NCBI GenBank assembly: GCA_041496385.1
Contig: JBGQEL010000010.1
Span: forward strand, 7,387-71,386
From: Candidatus Methylomirabilia bacterium
GTDB taxonomy: Bacteria; Methylomirabilota; Methylomirabilia; Rokubacteriales; CSP1-6
Direction: 5' to 3'
Length of the DNA stretch: 64,000 nucleotides
Shown here: piece by piece, positions 7,625-17,352 of the stretch
Layout: every line of letters starts with the position of its first letter
How positions within the stretch are numbered: the first letter of the stretch is position 1
Program-made: the position numbers and the translations under genes
Notes under the pieces: model-generated
The model's database searches: none
Seen by the model: only the letters and a program-made list of their open reading frames with translations
Told to the model about the DNA's origin: nothing

Positions 7625-10518
7625 GCGTGCCCCCGGACGACCTTCTTGAGGTAGGTCACGGACGGCCGCGTGCCGAGCTCGTCGAGCACGTCGTAGGCGC
7701 GCGGCGCGTGGACGAGCTGGGCGAGCGCGCCCTTGCCGTCCTTGAGGTTCCCGAAGGTGATCGCCCGCGTCGGGCACGTCTGCTGGCAGGCGGTCACGAT
7801 GTCGCCGTCCCGCACGGGGCGCTTCTCGTCCTTCGCGTGGTCCTTGCCGGCGACGATGCGCTGGATGCACATCGTGCACTTCTCCATGACGCCGAGCTGG
7901 CGGACCGTGACGTCGGGGTTCAGCTGCACGTCGAGCGGTGTGGGGAACTCGTAGTTGAACCAGTTGAAGCGCCGGACGTGGTACGGGCAGTTGTTCCCGC
8001 AGTAGCGCGTGCCGACGCACCGGTTGTAGACCTGACCGTTCAGCCCCTCCTCCGTGCGGTACGCGGCGAAGACCGGACAGACGGGCTCGCACGGCGCAAC
8101 CTCGCAATGCTGACAGAGCATCGGCAGGAAGGCGCTCGTGGATTGCTCCGCCTTGCCCTCGGCCCAGCGCTCGATGCGGATCCAGTGGAGCTGCCGGCCG
8201 TAGGCGGCCTGCGCCTTGCCGACGACCGGCACGTTGTTCTCGGCGTGGCAGGCGACCACGCACGCCTGGCAGCCGATGCAGGCGTCCACGTCGATGGCGA
8301 GCCCCCAGCGGTATCCGGGATAGACCTTCTCGGGGTACATGCTGATGGGCCGCTCCGGCTCGCGCCGGCCGCGCAGGGCCTCCTCGCGCGCCGCGCGCAG
8401 GTCCACGTGCTGGACCAGCTCGCGATCGTCCTGATCGTGCGTGGCCTGCAGGATCGCGAGCGGGCGCCGCGCGCCCGTCTTCGTGAGCGTCACGCGCACG
8501 CCGAGATAGACGGGGCCGCCCGACGCCGCGTCCGGGGCGCCCGACAGCAGCGCGACCGGGTTCAGCGGCGTCGGCGGCGCCGCGACGTAGCGCGGCACGT
8601 GGTATGCGGCGTAGCGATGGCCGATCGGGATCGCGACGGCCTGGCCGTGGAGCGTCGTCGAGACGTACGCGGGCAGCTCGATCGCGCCGTGCGGCGACGC
8701 GACGCGCAGCACGTCGCCCGTGACGACGCCGAGCGCCGCCGCCGTGGCGGCCGGCACCTCGACCCAGGCGTCCCAGACGGCCTGCGTCATCGTGTCGGGC
8801 GCCTCCTGGAGCCACGCGCGGCTCGCGCCCCGCCCGTCGTAGAACCGGAACGAGGGATACGCGAGCAGGGCCAGGCCGGCCGCATCGCCCTCGAGCTTCA
8901 CCGGCGCGGGCTCGAGCGCGACGGGCTTCGCGGTGACCGGCGCGACCGTGACGTCCCGCCAGAGACCGCCCTGCCGCAGCGCCGCGGCCCACTCGCCCTT
9001 GACGACGGGCTCCCACACGGACTTGAGGTATTGCTCGAACGACCCCCACGGGAGCGGCCCCTTGCCCTCCTCGGTGCCGAGGACGGCGCGCGCGATCGCC
9101 AGCAGCGTGTCGCCCATCGGCTTGGCCTCGCGCGCGGGCGACATCGTGGGCTGCATGAGGCCCGTCACGCCCTCGCGGGGCGTGTAGTCGCCCCACGACT
9201 CGAGCCAGTGCGTGTCGGGCAGGACGAGGCCCGCGAGGGCGGTCGTCTCGTCGGGTACGCTCGCGAAGCTGACGACGAGACCTGCCTTGCGGATCGCGGC
9301 GCCGACCTTGAGGCCGCCCGGAAGTGTGAAGGCCGGGTTGACGCCCGGGCCGAGCAGGAGGAGCTTGATCTCACCACGCTCCATCGCCTTCGCGAGCTCG
9401 ACCACCTCGGCGTACGGTGTCACCTTGCCGTACGCGGCGTCGGGACCGAAGCGCACCGTCCGGCCGATGTTCCCGGCCGCGGCGTTGAGGAGATTGATCG
9501 CCACCAGCGTGTCGGTGGCGTTGGATCCCGTCACGGCGACGCCGCCGCCGACCGCGAGCCCGGGCTTGGCGTGACCGAACACCTCGGCGACGTGCTTGAT
9601 CCGCGCGATGGGCACGCCGCTCTGCTCGGAGACGCGCGTCAGGTCCACCTTCGCCACCGCGTCGGCGAAGCGACGGTCGGCGAGGCCCTCCTCGACCATC
9701 ACCCGGAGCACGGCGAGCGCCAGCATCCCCTCGGTGCCGGGCGCGTTGCGCAGCCACTCGTCGGCGTTCGCCGCCGTGAGCGACTGCCGGGGCTCGACGT
9801 GAATGACCGTTCCGGCGCGCCCGTCCCGGAACGTGTGCATCCGGCCGAACCCCGTGGCGTGCCCCACGTTGGAGAGCCACGTCTCGAGGAAGTCGGCGCC
9901 GAACGAGAGCACCACCTCGGCGTCCTCGAACGCATGGTACGGGATCGCGTCGCGACCGAAGGTGACCCGGTTCGCCGCGCGGATCGCCTCGTAGCCGAAG
10001 GGCTCCAGCGTCACGCGCGGCCGCGCGCCGACCGCCTGGCCCCAGCGGTCCACGAGAGCGCCGAGGCTGCCGTTCTCGAGCTGCGTGACCACCGCGATCG
10101 CGCGCCCCTGGCCGCCGGCCCTGAGCGCGGCGATCGTGTCGCTCACCTGCTTGATCCCGGCCTCCCAGCTCACCGGCTTGACGCCACGCCCCTCGGGGAC
10201 ACCGGGTCCGGCGAAGCGGTCCGGGTGGTAGAGCCCCTGCAGCGCGGCCTGCCCGCGGACGCAGAGCGCGCCCTGGTTGACCGGATGGTCGGGGTTCCCC
10301 TCGAGCTTCACCACGCGACCGTCGCGGTTTCGCGCGAGGACGCCGCAGCCGGCCGGGCACTCGCGGCAGACGGTCGCGAACCACGCCGCGACGCCCGGCA
10401 CGAGCTGCTCGTTCGGCACGACCAGCGGGAGGATGCGCTCCGTCGTCTGCTGACAGCCCGCGACCGTTGCGCTCGCACCGCTCGCGGCCACGATCTTGAA
10501 GAAGTCGCGTCGGTTCAT
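7621..10518 (-). CDS. actB: Alternative complex III subunit ActB (molybdopterin-oxidoreductase-like domain fused to an Fe-S domain)
   Basis: Tat motif (RRDFFK) with lipobox (VAGC); C-terminal CIGCQACVVAC, CQHCEVAPCEPVCP, CVGTRYCGNNCP and EKCTMC...CQQTCP clusters. Confidence 0.9.
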   Translation of the reverse strand: MNRRDFFKIVAASGASATVAGCQQTTERILPLVVPNEQLVPGVAAWFATVCRECPAGCGVLARNRDGRVVKLEGNPDHPVNQGALCVRGQAALQGLYHPDRFAGPGVPEGRGVKPVSWEAGIKQVSDTIAALRAGGQGRAIAVVTQLENGSLGALVDRWGQAVGARPRVTLEPFGYEAIRAANRVTFGRDAIPYHAFEDAEVVLSFGADFLETWLSNVGHATGFGRMHTFRDGRAGTVIHVEPRQSLTAANADEWLRNAPGTEGMLALAVLRVMVEEGLADRRFADAVAKVDLTRVSEQSGVPIARIKHVAEVFGHAKPGLAVGGGVAVTGSNATDTLVAINLLNAAAGNIGRTVRFGPDAAYGKVTPYAEVVELAKAMERGEIKLLLLGPGVNPAFTLPGGLKVGAAIRKAGLVVSFASVPDETTALAGLVLPDTHWLESWGDYTPREGVTGLMQPTMSPAREAKPMGDTLLAIARAVLGTEEGKGPLPWGSFEQYLKSVWEPVVKGEWAAALRQGGLWRDVTVAPVTAKPVALEPAPVKLEGDAAGLALLAYPSFRFYDGRGASRAWLQEAPDTMTQAVWDAWVEVPAATAAALGVVTGDVLRVASPHGAIELPAYVSTTLHGQAVAIPIGHRYAAYHVPRYVAAPPTPLNPVALLSGAPDAASGGPVYLGVRVTLTKTGARRPLAILQATHDQDDRELVQHVDLRAAREEALRGRREPERPISMYPEKVYPGYRWGLAIDVDACIGCQACVVACHAENNVPVVGKAQAAYGRQLHWIRIERWAEGKAEQSTSAFLPMLCQHCEVAPCEPVCPVFAAYRTEEGLNGQVYNRCVGTRYCGNNCPYHVRRFNWFNYEFPTPLDVQLNPDVTVRQLGVMEKCTMCIQRIVAGKDHAKDEKRPVRDGDIVTACQQTCPTRAITFGNLKDGKGALAQLVHAPRAYDVLDELGTRPSVTYLKKVVRGHA

Positions 10519-10525
10519 CGCGCGC

Positions 10526-11116
10526 TCAATGGTGGCAGGTGACGCAGTCGAGCGGCGCCTGCTTGCCCGCCTTCGCGTTCTGCTCCCGGTGGCAGTCGAT
10601 GCACCAGCCCATCGACAGCGGAGGCGCGGCCGGCCGGAAGCCGGCCAGGTTCAACAGGTCGTTCGCGATCCGCGGCCCGGTCTCCGCCGCGAAGGTCGTC
10701 ATCGTCTCGACCGGACCGTGGCACTTCTGGCATGGGATCTCGGCGCGGATGTGCGCCTTGTGCGGAAAGTAGGTGAACTCGGGGAGCTTGTTCACGCGCA
10801 CCCACGGGATCGGCTCCTGCTTGGCGGCGTACTCGGCCAGCTTCTTGATCTCCGGGCGGTCGGCGGCGGTTATCCTGTGACACCCGAGGCAGCGCGTCAC
10901 CGACGGCAACCCGGCGTACTCCGAGCGTCGTGCGTCGCTGTGACAGTACTGGCAGTCGATCTTGTACGTCTGGACGTGCGTGTTGTGCGGGAACTCGATC
11001 GGCTGGATGGAGGCCTTCGCGACTGCGGGCTGGCGACTCCACGACGCGACGGCCAGGAAGATCAGAATGGCGAGGAGCACGACACCCAGTGCTCCAACGC
11101 CCGCCTTTGCGCCCAT
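10526..11116 (-). CDS. actA: Alternative complex III pentaheme cytochrome c ActA
   Basis: Five CxxCH motifs (CQYCH, CLGCH, CQKCH, CIDCH, CVTCH), QPIEFPH and SMGWC motifs, N-terminal TM helix. Confidence 0.92.
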   Translation of the reverse strand: MGAKAGVGALGVVLLAILIFLAVASWSRQPAVAKASIQPIEFPHNTHVQTYKIDCQYCHSDARRSEYAGLPSVTRCLGCHRITAADRPEIKKLAEYAAKQEPIPWVRVNKLPEFTYFPHKAHIRAEIPCQKCHGPVETMTTFAAETGPRIANDLLNLAGFRPAAPPLSMGWCIDCHREQNAKAGKQAPLDCVTCHH

Positions 11117-11153
11117 CGACAGTCGATCGCCCTCCGGGGGATTGGGTAGTGCT

Positions 11154-11188
11154 TGTGAAGCCTATCACCCGCCCCGCGATTGCGTCAA
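11154..11188 (-). promoter_or_regulatory. Sigma70-type promoter of the act operon with an overlapping imperfect palindrome
   Basis: TTGACG (11188-11183), 18 nt, TGa-TAGGCT (11164-11159); TGTGA-N6-TCACC palindrome at 11154-11169. Confidence 0.55.
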
Positions 11189-11204
11189 TCCTTAAGGGCC
11201 GTTC

Positions 11205-12482
11205 CTAGGGGCGCATCAGGGCCTCGGCGGCCGCCCGTGCGGCGAGCTCGACGTCCGCCTCCGTGTGCGCGAGCGACACGAACGCCGCCTCGAACTGCGA
11301 GGGCGCCAGGAACACGCCGCGCTCCCGCATTGCGTGAAAGTAGCGGGCGTAGCGCTTCGTGTCGCTCCGCTTCGCGGAGGCGTAGTCGGTCACCGGCCCG
11401 TCGCAGAAGAACGCCGTCAGCATCGAGCCCACCCGGTTCACGGTGAGCGGGACTCCCGCCGCCTGCGCTGCGTGCCGCAGCCCGAGCTCGAGCTGCGCAC
11501 CGCGCGCCTCGAGCGTCGCGTACGCCGACCGGTCCGCGAGGACCCGGAGGGTGGCGAGCCCCGCCGCGACGGCCAGCGGGTTCCCCGACAGCGTGCCCGC
11601 CTGGTACACGGAGCCGAGCGGTGCCACGTGGCTCATGACCGCCCGCGAGCCGCCGTAGGCGCCCACGGGCATGCCGCCACCGATGATCTTGCCGAGGCAG
11701 GTGAGATCGGGCCGGACGCCGTAGAGCTCCTGGGCGCCGCCGTACGTCACCCGGAAGCCGGTGATGACCTCGTCGAAGATCAGGAGCGCGCCGTGCTCGC
11801 GGGTGATCGCGCGGAGCCCCGCAAGAAAGCCGGGCGCCGGCGGTACCACGCCCATGTTCCCGGCCACCGGCTCGACGATGACCGCCGCGATCTCCGTCCC
11901 GCGCTCGCGGAAGACGGCGCGGACGGCCTCGAGGTCGTTGAAGGGCGCCGTCAGCGTGAGCCCGGCCAGGGGCGCCGGGACGCCGGCGCTGTCCGGGATC
12001 GAAAAGGTCGCGCCGCCCGAGCCCGCCTTCACGAGCAGGCTGTCGGCGTGGCCGTGGTAGCAGCCGTCGAATTTCAGCAGCAGCGGCCGGCCCGTGGCGC
12101 CCCGCGCGACGCGGATCGCGCTCATCGCCGCCTCGGTCCCGGAGCTCACGAGGCGGACGAGCTCGACCGACGGGTACGCGGCCGTGATCGCCTCGGCCAT
12201 CTCGACCTCGAGGGGCGTCGGCGCGCCGTAGCTCGTCCCCCGCGCCGCCGCCGCGGTGATCGCCTCCACGACGCTCTTCGGCGCGTGGCCGAGGATTAGC
12301 GGCCCCCACGATCCGAGGAAGTCGACGTACTCGCGCCCGTCGACGTCCCAGATCCGTGCGCCCGCGCCGCGGTCGACGAAGAAGGGCTCGCCGCCGACGC
12401 CGCGGAAGGCGCGCACGGGGCTGTTCACCCCTCCCGGGATCACGCTGCACGCGCGCTCCCACAGCCCCTTGGAGTCCGTCAT
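11205..12482 (-). CDS. hemL: Glutamate-1-semialdehyde 2,1-aminomutase
   Basis: [42 protein letters not shown] and [12 protein letters not shown]; start ATG 12482. Confidence 0.96.
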   Translation of the reverse strand: MTDSKGLWERACSVIPGGVNSPVRAFRGVGGEPFFVDRGAGARIWDVDGREYVDFLGSWGPLILGHAPKSVVEAITAAAARGTSYGAPTPLEVEMAEAITAAYPSVELVRLVSSGTEAAMSAIRVARGATGRPLLLKFDGCYHGHADSLLVKAGSGGATFSIPDSAGVPAPLAGLTLTAPFNDLEAVRAVFRERGTEIAAVIVEPVAGNMGVVPPAPGFLAGLRAITREHGALLIFDEVITGFRVTYGGAQELYGVRPDLTCLGKIIGGGMPVGAYGGSRAVMSHVAPLGSVYQAGTLSGNPLAVAAGLATLRVLADRSAYATLEARGAQLELGLRHAAQAAGVPLTVNRVGSMLTAFFCDGPVTDYASAKRSDTKRYARYFHAMRERGVFLAPSQFEAAFVSLAHTEADVELAARAAAEALMRP

Positions 12483-12958
12483 GTCCGCTCTCTCCTCCCG
12501 CCGGCCGTCTCGAGGCCGAGGTCCACCGGCAGAAAATCGCGTCGCGCGCCGTCCCAGCGGAACGCGGCGACCGTCTCCACCCGCCCGCCGGCGACCGACG
12601 TCACCACGTAAGTCGCGCCCGGATAGGCGGGCTCGCCGCCGATCAGGGCCTGACGCTTGTCGGTGTCGGAGAAGTAGGCGCCGGCGTCCACGTGGGAGTG
12701 GTAGATGACCTCCACCCCGAAGCCCTCCACTTCGAGCCGCGCGATCCGCAGCAGATCGGCGGCGTCGATGTAGTACGCCGTCCGCGCGTCGCGCGGATGC
12801 CGGAGGGGATCCCTGGCGTGGAGCTCGTTCTGGGCGTTCTTGCAGCGCACGAGGCGTCGCTCCGCACCGCGCGCGACGACCACCCCGCACGACTCGTGCG
12901 GATACTCCTCGAGCGCCTGACCACGGATCGCCTCCAGCTCCTCCGGTGTCAGGATCAC
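12479..12958 (-). CDS. JAB/MPN (M67, Mec-like) sulfur-carrier peptidase
   Basis: EYPHESCG and YHSH-x7-S-x2-D JAMM motif ([15 protein letters not shown]). Confidence 0.88.
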   Translation of the reverse strand: MILTPEELEAIRGQALEEYPHESCGVVVARGAERRLVRCKNAQNELHARDPLRHPRDARTAYYIDAADLLRIARLEVEGFGVEVIYHSHVDAGAYFSDTDKRQALIGGEPAYPGATYVVTSVAGGRVETVAAFRWDGARRDFLPVDLGLETAGGRRERT

Positions 12959-13236
12959 CGGCCGCCGCCCGCCAGGGCGGGAATGATCGCCAGCTCGTCG
13001 CCGTCCCGGAGCGGCGTGGAGAGCCCCTGGAGCGCCTCGATCGCCTCGTCGTTCACGTAGATGTTCACGTGGTGATGGACCTCGCCGCCCTCGTTGCGGA
13101 CGAGCCCGCGGAGCCCGGTGAACGCGCCCTCGAGCTCGTCGAGGACGCCGCCGACGGTCGTCGCGGCCGCCTGCACGCGGTCCTTGTTGTTCGTCGCCCT
13201 GCGGAACGGCGTCGGGATATAGATGGTCACGGCCAT
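12955..13236 (-). CDS. MoaD/ThiS/CysO-family ubiquitin-like sulfur carrier
   Basis: Beta-grasp pattern (IPTPFR...NIYVNDE...[16 protein letters not shown]) followed by a GR extension. Confidence 0.9.
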   Translation of the reverse strand: MAVTIYIPTPFRRATNNKDRVQAAATTVGGVLDELEGAFTGLRGLVRNEGGEVHHHVNIYVNDEAIEALQGLSTPLRDGDELAIIPALAGGGR

Positions 13237-13255
13237 GCCTCGTCTCCTCGGACGC

Positions 13256-14173
13256 TCAGCCCTGGCTGAGGTAGCGCTCCCCGGTATCGGGCAGCACGGT
13301 CACGACGAGCTGCTCGGCCGCGAGCTCGGCGGCGACCGCGCACGCGGCGAACGCCGCGGCGCCCGCCGAGACGCCGACCAGCAGCCCCTCCTCGCGCGCC
13401 AGCCGCCGCGACCACGCGAGCGCGTCCTCGTCGCGGACCTGGATGATGCGATCGATGACGTCGCGATTCAAAACGCCTGGGACGAACGACGCGCCGATCC
13501 CCTGGATCGCGTGCGGGCGCGCCTTGCCTCCCGACAGCACGGGCGACTTCGCCGGCTCGACGGCGATCACGCGAACGCCCGGGACCTTCTCCTTCAGCAC
13601 CTCGCCCACGCCGGTCAGCGTGCCCCCCGTGCCGACGCCCGCCACGAACGCGTCGAGCCGGCCGCCGACGGCATCGAGAATCTCGAGCGCGGTGGTGCGC
13701 CGGTGGGCCTCGGGGTTCGCGGGATTCTGGAACTGCTGCGGCATGAAGTAGTCGGGGTGCTCGCGCAGGAGCTCCTGCGCCGCGTGAACGGCGCCCGTCA
13801 TCCCCTCGATCGCGGGCGTCAGGTGGAGCTCGGCGCCGAATCGCGCCAGGAGCCGCTGGCGCTCCACGCTCATGTCGTCGGGCATCGTGAGAATGAGACG
13901 GTAGCCCTTGACCGCGGCCACCATGGCCAGCCCGACGCCGGTGTTGCCGCTCGTGGGCTCGACGATGGTCGACCCGGCCTTGAGCAGGCCGCGTCCCTCC
14001 GCATCGTCCAGCATCGCGACGGCGATCCGGTCCTTGACGCTCCCGCCCGGGTTGACGGACTCGAGCTTGGCGACGACACGCGCGCCGTCCGGCCTCGGCA
14101 GGCGGTTCAGCCGGACGAGCGGCGTCCGGCCGATCAGCTCGAGCACGCTCGCGGCGATCTTCGGCCGGGTCAT
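13256..14173 (-). CDS. cysK: Cysteine synthase A (O-acetylserine sulfhydrylase)
   Basis: [16 protein letters not shown] (PLP lysine), [24 protein letters not shown] and PDTGERYLS. Confidence 0.92.
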   Translation of the reverse strand: MTRPKIAASVLELIGRTPLVRLNRLPRPDGARVVAKLESVNPGGSVKDRIAVAMLDDAEGRGLLKAGSTIVEPTSGNTGVGLAMVAAVKGYRLILTMPDDMSVERQRLLARFGAELHLTPAIEGMTGAVHAAQELLREHPDYFMPQQFQNPANPEAHRRTTALEILDAVGGRLDAFVAGVGTGGTLTGVGEVLKEKVPGVRVIAVEPAKSPVLSGGKARPHAIQGIGASFVPGVLNRDVIDRIIQVRDEDALAWSRRLAREEGLLVGVSAGAAAFAACAVAAELAAEQLVVTVLPDTGERYLSQG

Positions 14174-14613
14174 ATGTGGTACATCGGCCGGGCGGCGCTC
14201 CGGCGCGCCCGCGCGCGTTCGGCGAGGTCGCCGAAGCTGACCCGGTCCACGACCTCGGAGACGGCCGTCGAGATCTCGCCCCAGAGCTCGCCCAGGTCGA
14301 CCGTCTCGCCGCCGTTTCGTCCGCCCGGCCGGCGCTGCGTCTCGATGGGCGACTGGACGCCCTCGACCGCCCGGAGAACGTCGCCCACGCTGATCTGCTC
14401 GGGCGGGCGCGTCAGGAGGTAGCCGCCGGCCGACCCGCGCTTGGAGCCGAGGATCCCGGCACGCTTGAGCGAGAGCAGCACCTGCTCGAGGTATCGCTGC
14501 GGGATCCTCTGGCGGGCGGCGATGTCCTGGATCGGCACGAGCCCGTGCCCGTCGCCGAGCGACAGATCCAGCACCGCCAGGATCGCGTACTCCCCTTTGG
14601 CCGAGATCCTCAC
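14170..14613 (-). CDS. Rrf2-family regulator, CymR-like (no Cys ligands)
   Basis: [10 protein letters not shown]...YLEQVL...SKRGSAGGY; no cysteines; C-terminus PMYHI; GTG start 14613. Confidence 0.85.
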   Translation of the reverse strand: MRISAKGEYAILAVLDLSLGDGHGLVPIQDIAARQRIPQRYLEQVLLSLKRAGILGSKRGSAGGYLLTRPPEQISVGDVLRAVEGVQSPIETQRRPGGRNGGETVDLGELWGEISTAVSEVVDRVSFGDLAERARARRSAARPMYHI

Positions 14614-15599
14614 CGCTCGCCCCGGCCGCTCTCCAGGAGTCGCGCCGCTTCCTTGGCGAAGTAGGTGATGACGACGTCGGCGCCGGCGCGTCGGATCGCG
14701 GTGAGCGCCTCCAGCATCGCGCGCTCTTCGTCGAGCCAGCCGAGCTGACCCGCGGCGCGGATCATCGCGTACTCGCCCGAGACCGAGTACGCGGCGAGCG
14801 GCACGCCGAACTCCGCCTTCGCCCGCGCGATCACGTCCAGGTACGGCAGCGCCGGCTTGACCATCACGATATCCGCGCCCTCGTCGAGGTCGAGCGCGAT
14901 CTCGCGCATCGCCTCCAGGCTGTTGGCCGGGTCCATCTGATACGAGCGCCGGTCGCCGAACTGCGGCGCGGACTCCGCCGCATCCCGGAACGGCCCGTAG
15001 AAGCTCGAGGCGTACTTGGCCGAGTAGGCCATGATCGGGGTGTCGCTGAAGCTGGCCTCGTCGAGCGCCTCGCGGATGGCGCCCACGCGGCCGTCCATCA
15101 TGTCCGAGGGCGCCACCATGTCGGCGCCCGCCTCGGCGTGGGAGACGGCGACGCGGGCCAGGAGCTCGATCGTCGGATCGTTCCTGACGCTGCCGCCCTC
15201 GACGACCCCGCAGTGGCCATGGCTCGTGTACTGACAGAGGCAGACGTCGGTCACGATGAGCAGGTCGGGCACGACGTCCTTCACGGCGCGCGACGCCTGC
15301 TGCACGATGCCGTCGTCGGCCCACGCCTCCGAGCCGCGCGGGTCCTTCTCGGCCGGCAGGCCGAAGAGCAGCACGGCGGGTATCCCCAGGCTCGCGACGT
15401 CCTTGACGTCCTTGACCAGCTCGTCGATCGAGAGCCGGAACTGCCCCGGCATGGAGCCGATGGGCTCGCGGACGCCCCGGCCGTGGACGACGAAGAGCGG
15501 GTAGATCAGGTCGTCGGCGGCGAGCCGCGTTTCGCGCACGAGCTTTCTCAGGAGCGACTTCTCGCGTAGACGCCTCGGACGGAACATCGCATGGGCCAT
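14610..15599 (-). CDS. hemB: Porphobilinogen synthase
   Basis: [40 protein letters not shown] and MVKPAL. Confidence 0.96.
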   Translation of the reverse strand: MAHAMFRPRRLREKSLLRKLVRETRLAADDLIYPLFVVHGRGVREPIGSMPGQFRLSIDELVKDVKDVASLGIPAVLLFGLPAEKDPRGSEAWADDGIVQQASRAVKDVVPDLLIVTDVCLCQYTSHGHCGVVEGGSVRNDPTIELLARVAVSHAEAGADMVAPSDMMDGRVGAIREALDEASFSDTPIMAYSAKYASSFYGPFRDAAESAPQFGDRRSYQMDPANSLEAMREIALDLDEGADIVMVKPALPYLDVIARAKAEFGVPLAAYSVSGEYAMIRAAGQLGWLDEERAMLEALTAIRRAGADVVITYFAKEAARLLESGRGER

Positions 15600-16450
15600 C
15601 AGTCGCCCCTCCTGCCACGGCGTGCGGGATTTTTCGGCAGCCGGGAGAAATAGTCGGCGAGCGCCCGCGCCAGCGCGGGGATCGTGTACTCGCTCGGCAT
15701 CACGTCCGTCGCGAGGCCGTACTCGGCCGCGGTCGCGGCTGTGATCGGTCCGATGGACGCGACGGCCACGCGGCCGTGCCAGGCACGGCGCTCTTCCGCA
15801 CTGAACAGCTCGGCGAAGTTGCGCGCCGTGGACGAGCTCGTGAACGTGACCGCGTCCACGGCGCCCTTGGCGAGCGCCTCGCGCACCCGCTCCACGCCGT
15901 TCTCGACGCGACGGGTCTGGTAGGCCGGCACCTCGGTCACCGTGGCGCCGAGCCGGCGAAGCTCCAGGACCAGGACGTCGCGGGTTTCCTTGGCCCGCGG
16001 CAGCAAGACCCGGTCGCCGGGCGCGAGCGTCGCCCGCAGCCGCTCGACGAGCGCCTCCGCCCGATACTCGCGCGGCACCGCCTCGACCCGCACGCCGTGC
16101 TCGGCGAGCGCCTCCGCCGTCGCCGGACCGATGGCCGCGACGCGCCGCCGCGCCAGCCCCGCCCAGCCGAGGCCGCGGGTCGAGAGCCGCTTGTCCACCA
16201 TGAGCACGCCGTTGACGCTCGTGAAGATCACCCAGGCGAAGGTGTCGAGCGCCGCGAGCGCCGCGTCGAGCGGCTCCCACGACGGCGGCGGCTCGATCGC
16301 GATCGTCGGCGCCTGGACGACCCGCGCGCCGGCGTCCTCCAGGAGCTGCACGAACCGCTGCGCCTGCGCGGCGGCGCGGGTGACGACGATCGTCCGCCCC
16401 GCCAGCGGTCCGGCTCCCGTCGCGCGCGCGGTCCGGGCCATCGAGCTCAC
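15599..16450 (-). CDS. hemD: Uroporphyrinogen-III synthase
   Basis: [35 protein letters not shown] and SIGPITA; the start could instead be ATG 16441. Confidence 0.9.
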   Translation of the reverse strand: MSSMARTARATGAGPLAGRTIVVTRAAAQAQRFVQLLEDAGARVVQAPTIAIEPPPSWEPLDAALAALDTFAWVIFTSVNGVLMVDKRLSTRGLGWAGLARRRVAAIGPATAEALAEHGVRVEAVPREYRAEALVERLRATLAPGDRVLLPRAKETRDVLVLELRRLGATVTEVPAYQTRRVENGVERVREALAKGAVDAVTFTSSSTARNFAELFSAEERRAWHGRVAVASIGPITAATAAEYGLATDVMPSEYTIPALARALADYFSRLPKNPARRGRRGD

Positions 16451-17352
16451 ACCCTCAGCGCCGTCACGGCGGCGGCGCCGCGCTCGAGCAGCGTCTCGGC
16501 GAGCCGGCGACCGATCCGCTCGGCGTCCTCCGGGGGACCGCCGTCCTCCGCGCGGAGCACCTGCTGCCCGTCCTCACTCGCGACGAGCGCCGTCACCCGG
16601 AGGCGCCCGCCCGCGAGGGTGGCGTGGGCCGCCATGGGCGAGTTGCAGGAGGCGCCGAGCCGCCCGAGGTAGGCCCGCTCGGCGACCGCGCAGACGCGTG
16701 TCGGCGCGTCGTCGATCGCGTCGAGCAGCGCCCGCGCGCGGCGGTCCGTCTCCCGCGCCTCGACGGCGAGGATCCCCTGGCCCACCGCGGGGACGAAGAT
16801 CTCCGGGTCGAGCGGCCGGACGTGGGCGGGAACGAGACCGAGCCGGACCAGCCCCGCGGCCGCGAGCACCACGGCGTCGAAGGCGCCCTCCGCCAGCTTC
16901 CGGAGCCGCGTGTCCACGTTGCCGCGGATCGGCTCCACCGCCAGGTCGGGCCGCAGCGCCAGCACGAGCGCCCGGCGGCGCGGGCTCGAGGTGCCCACGA
17001 CCGCGCCGGCCGGCAGATCGTCGAGGCCGCCGGCCCGGCGCGTCACGAGCACGTCGCCCGGCGCCTCACGCGGCGGGAACGCCGCGAGCACGAGCCCCGC
17101 GGGCGTCGACGCCGGGAGATCTTTCAGGCTGTGCACGGCGCAGTCCAGGCGATCGGCGAGCAGCGCCTCCTCGATCTCCCGGACGAAGAGTCCCTTGCCG
17201 CCGAGCGCCGTCAGGCGGGCGTCCGCCAGCCGATCGCCCTCGGTCCGCATGCTCACGATCTCGACGACCTCGCCGCGCCCGCGGAGGCGCTCGGCGACCG
17301 CGGCCGCCTGGGCCAGCGCGAGCGCGCTCCCGCGGGTCCCCAGCCGGATCAC
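16447..17352 (-). CDS. hemC: Hydroxymethylbilane synthase
   Basis: [48 protein letters not shown] and [12 protein letters not shown]. Confidence 0.95.
   Translation of the reverse strand: MIRLGTRGSALALAQAAAVAERLRGRGEVVEIVSMRTEGDRLADARLTALGGKGLFVREIEEALLADRLDCAVHSLKDLPASTPAGLVLAAFPPREAPGDVLVTRRAGGLDDLPAGAVVGTSSPRRRALVLALRPDLAVEPIRGNVDTRLRKLAEGAFDAVVLAAAGLVRLGLVPAHVRPLDPEIFVPAVGQGILAVEARETDRRARALLDAIDDAPTRVCAVAERAYLGRLGASCNSPMAAHATLAGGRLRVTALVASEDGQQVLRAEDGGPPEDAERIGRRLAETLLERGAAAVTALRV

Noticed and set aside
7591-10542. 983-aa plus-strand ORF (likewise 21994-25023 and 36311-39010)
   Set aside because: Antisense to actB, fdnG and ppdK respectively; no recognisable domains.
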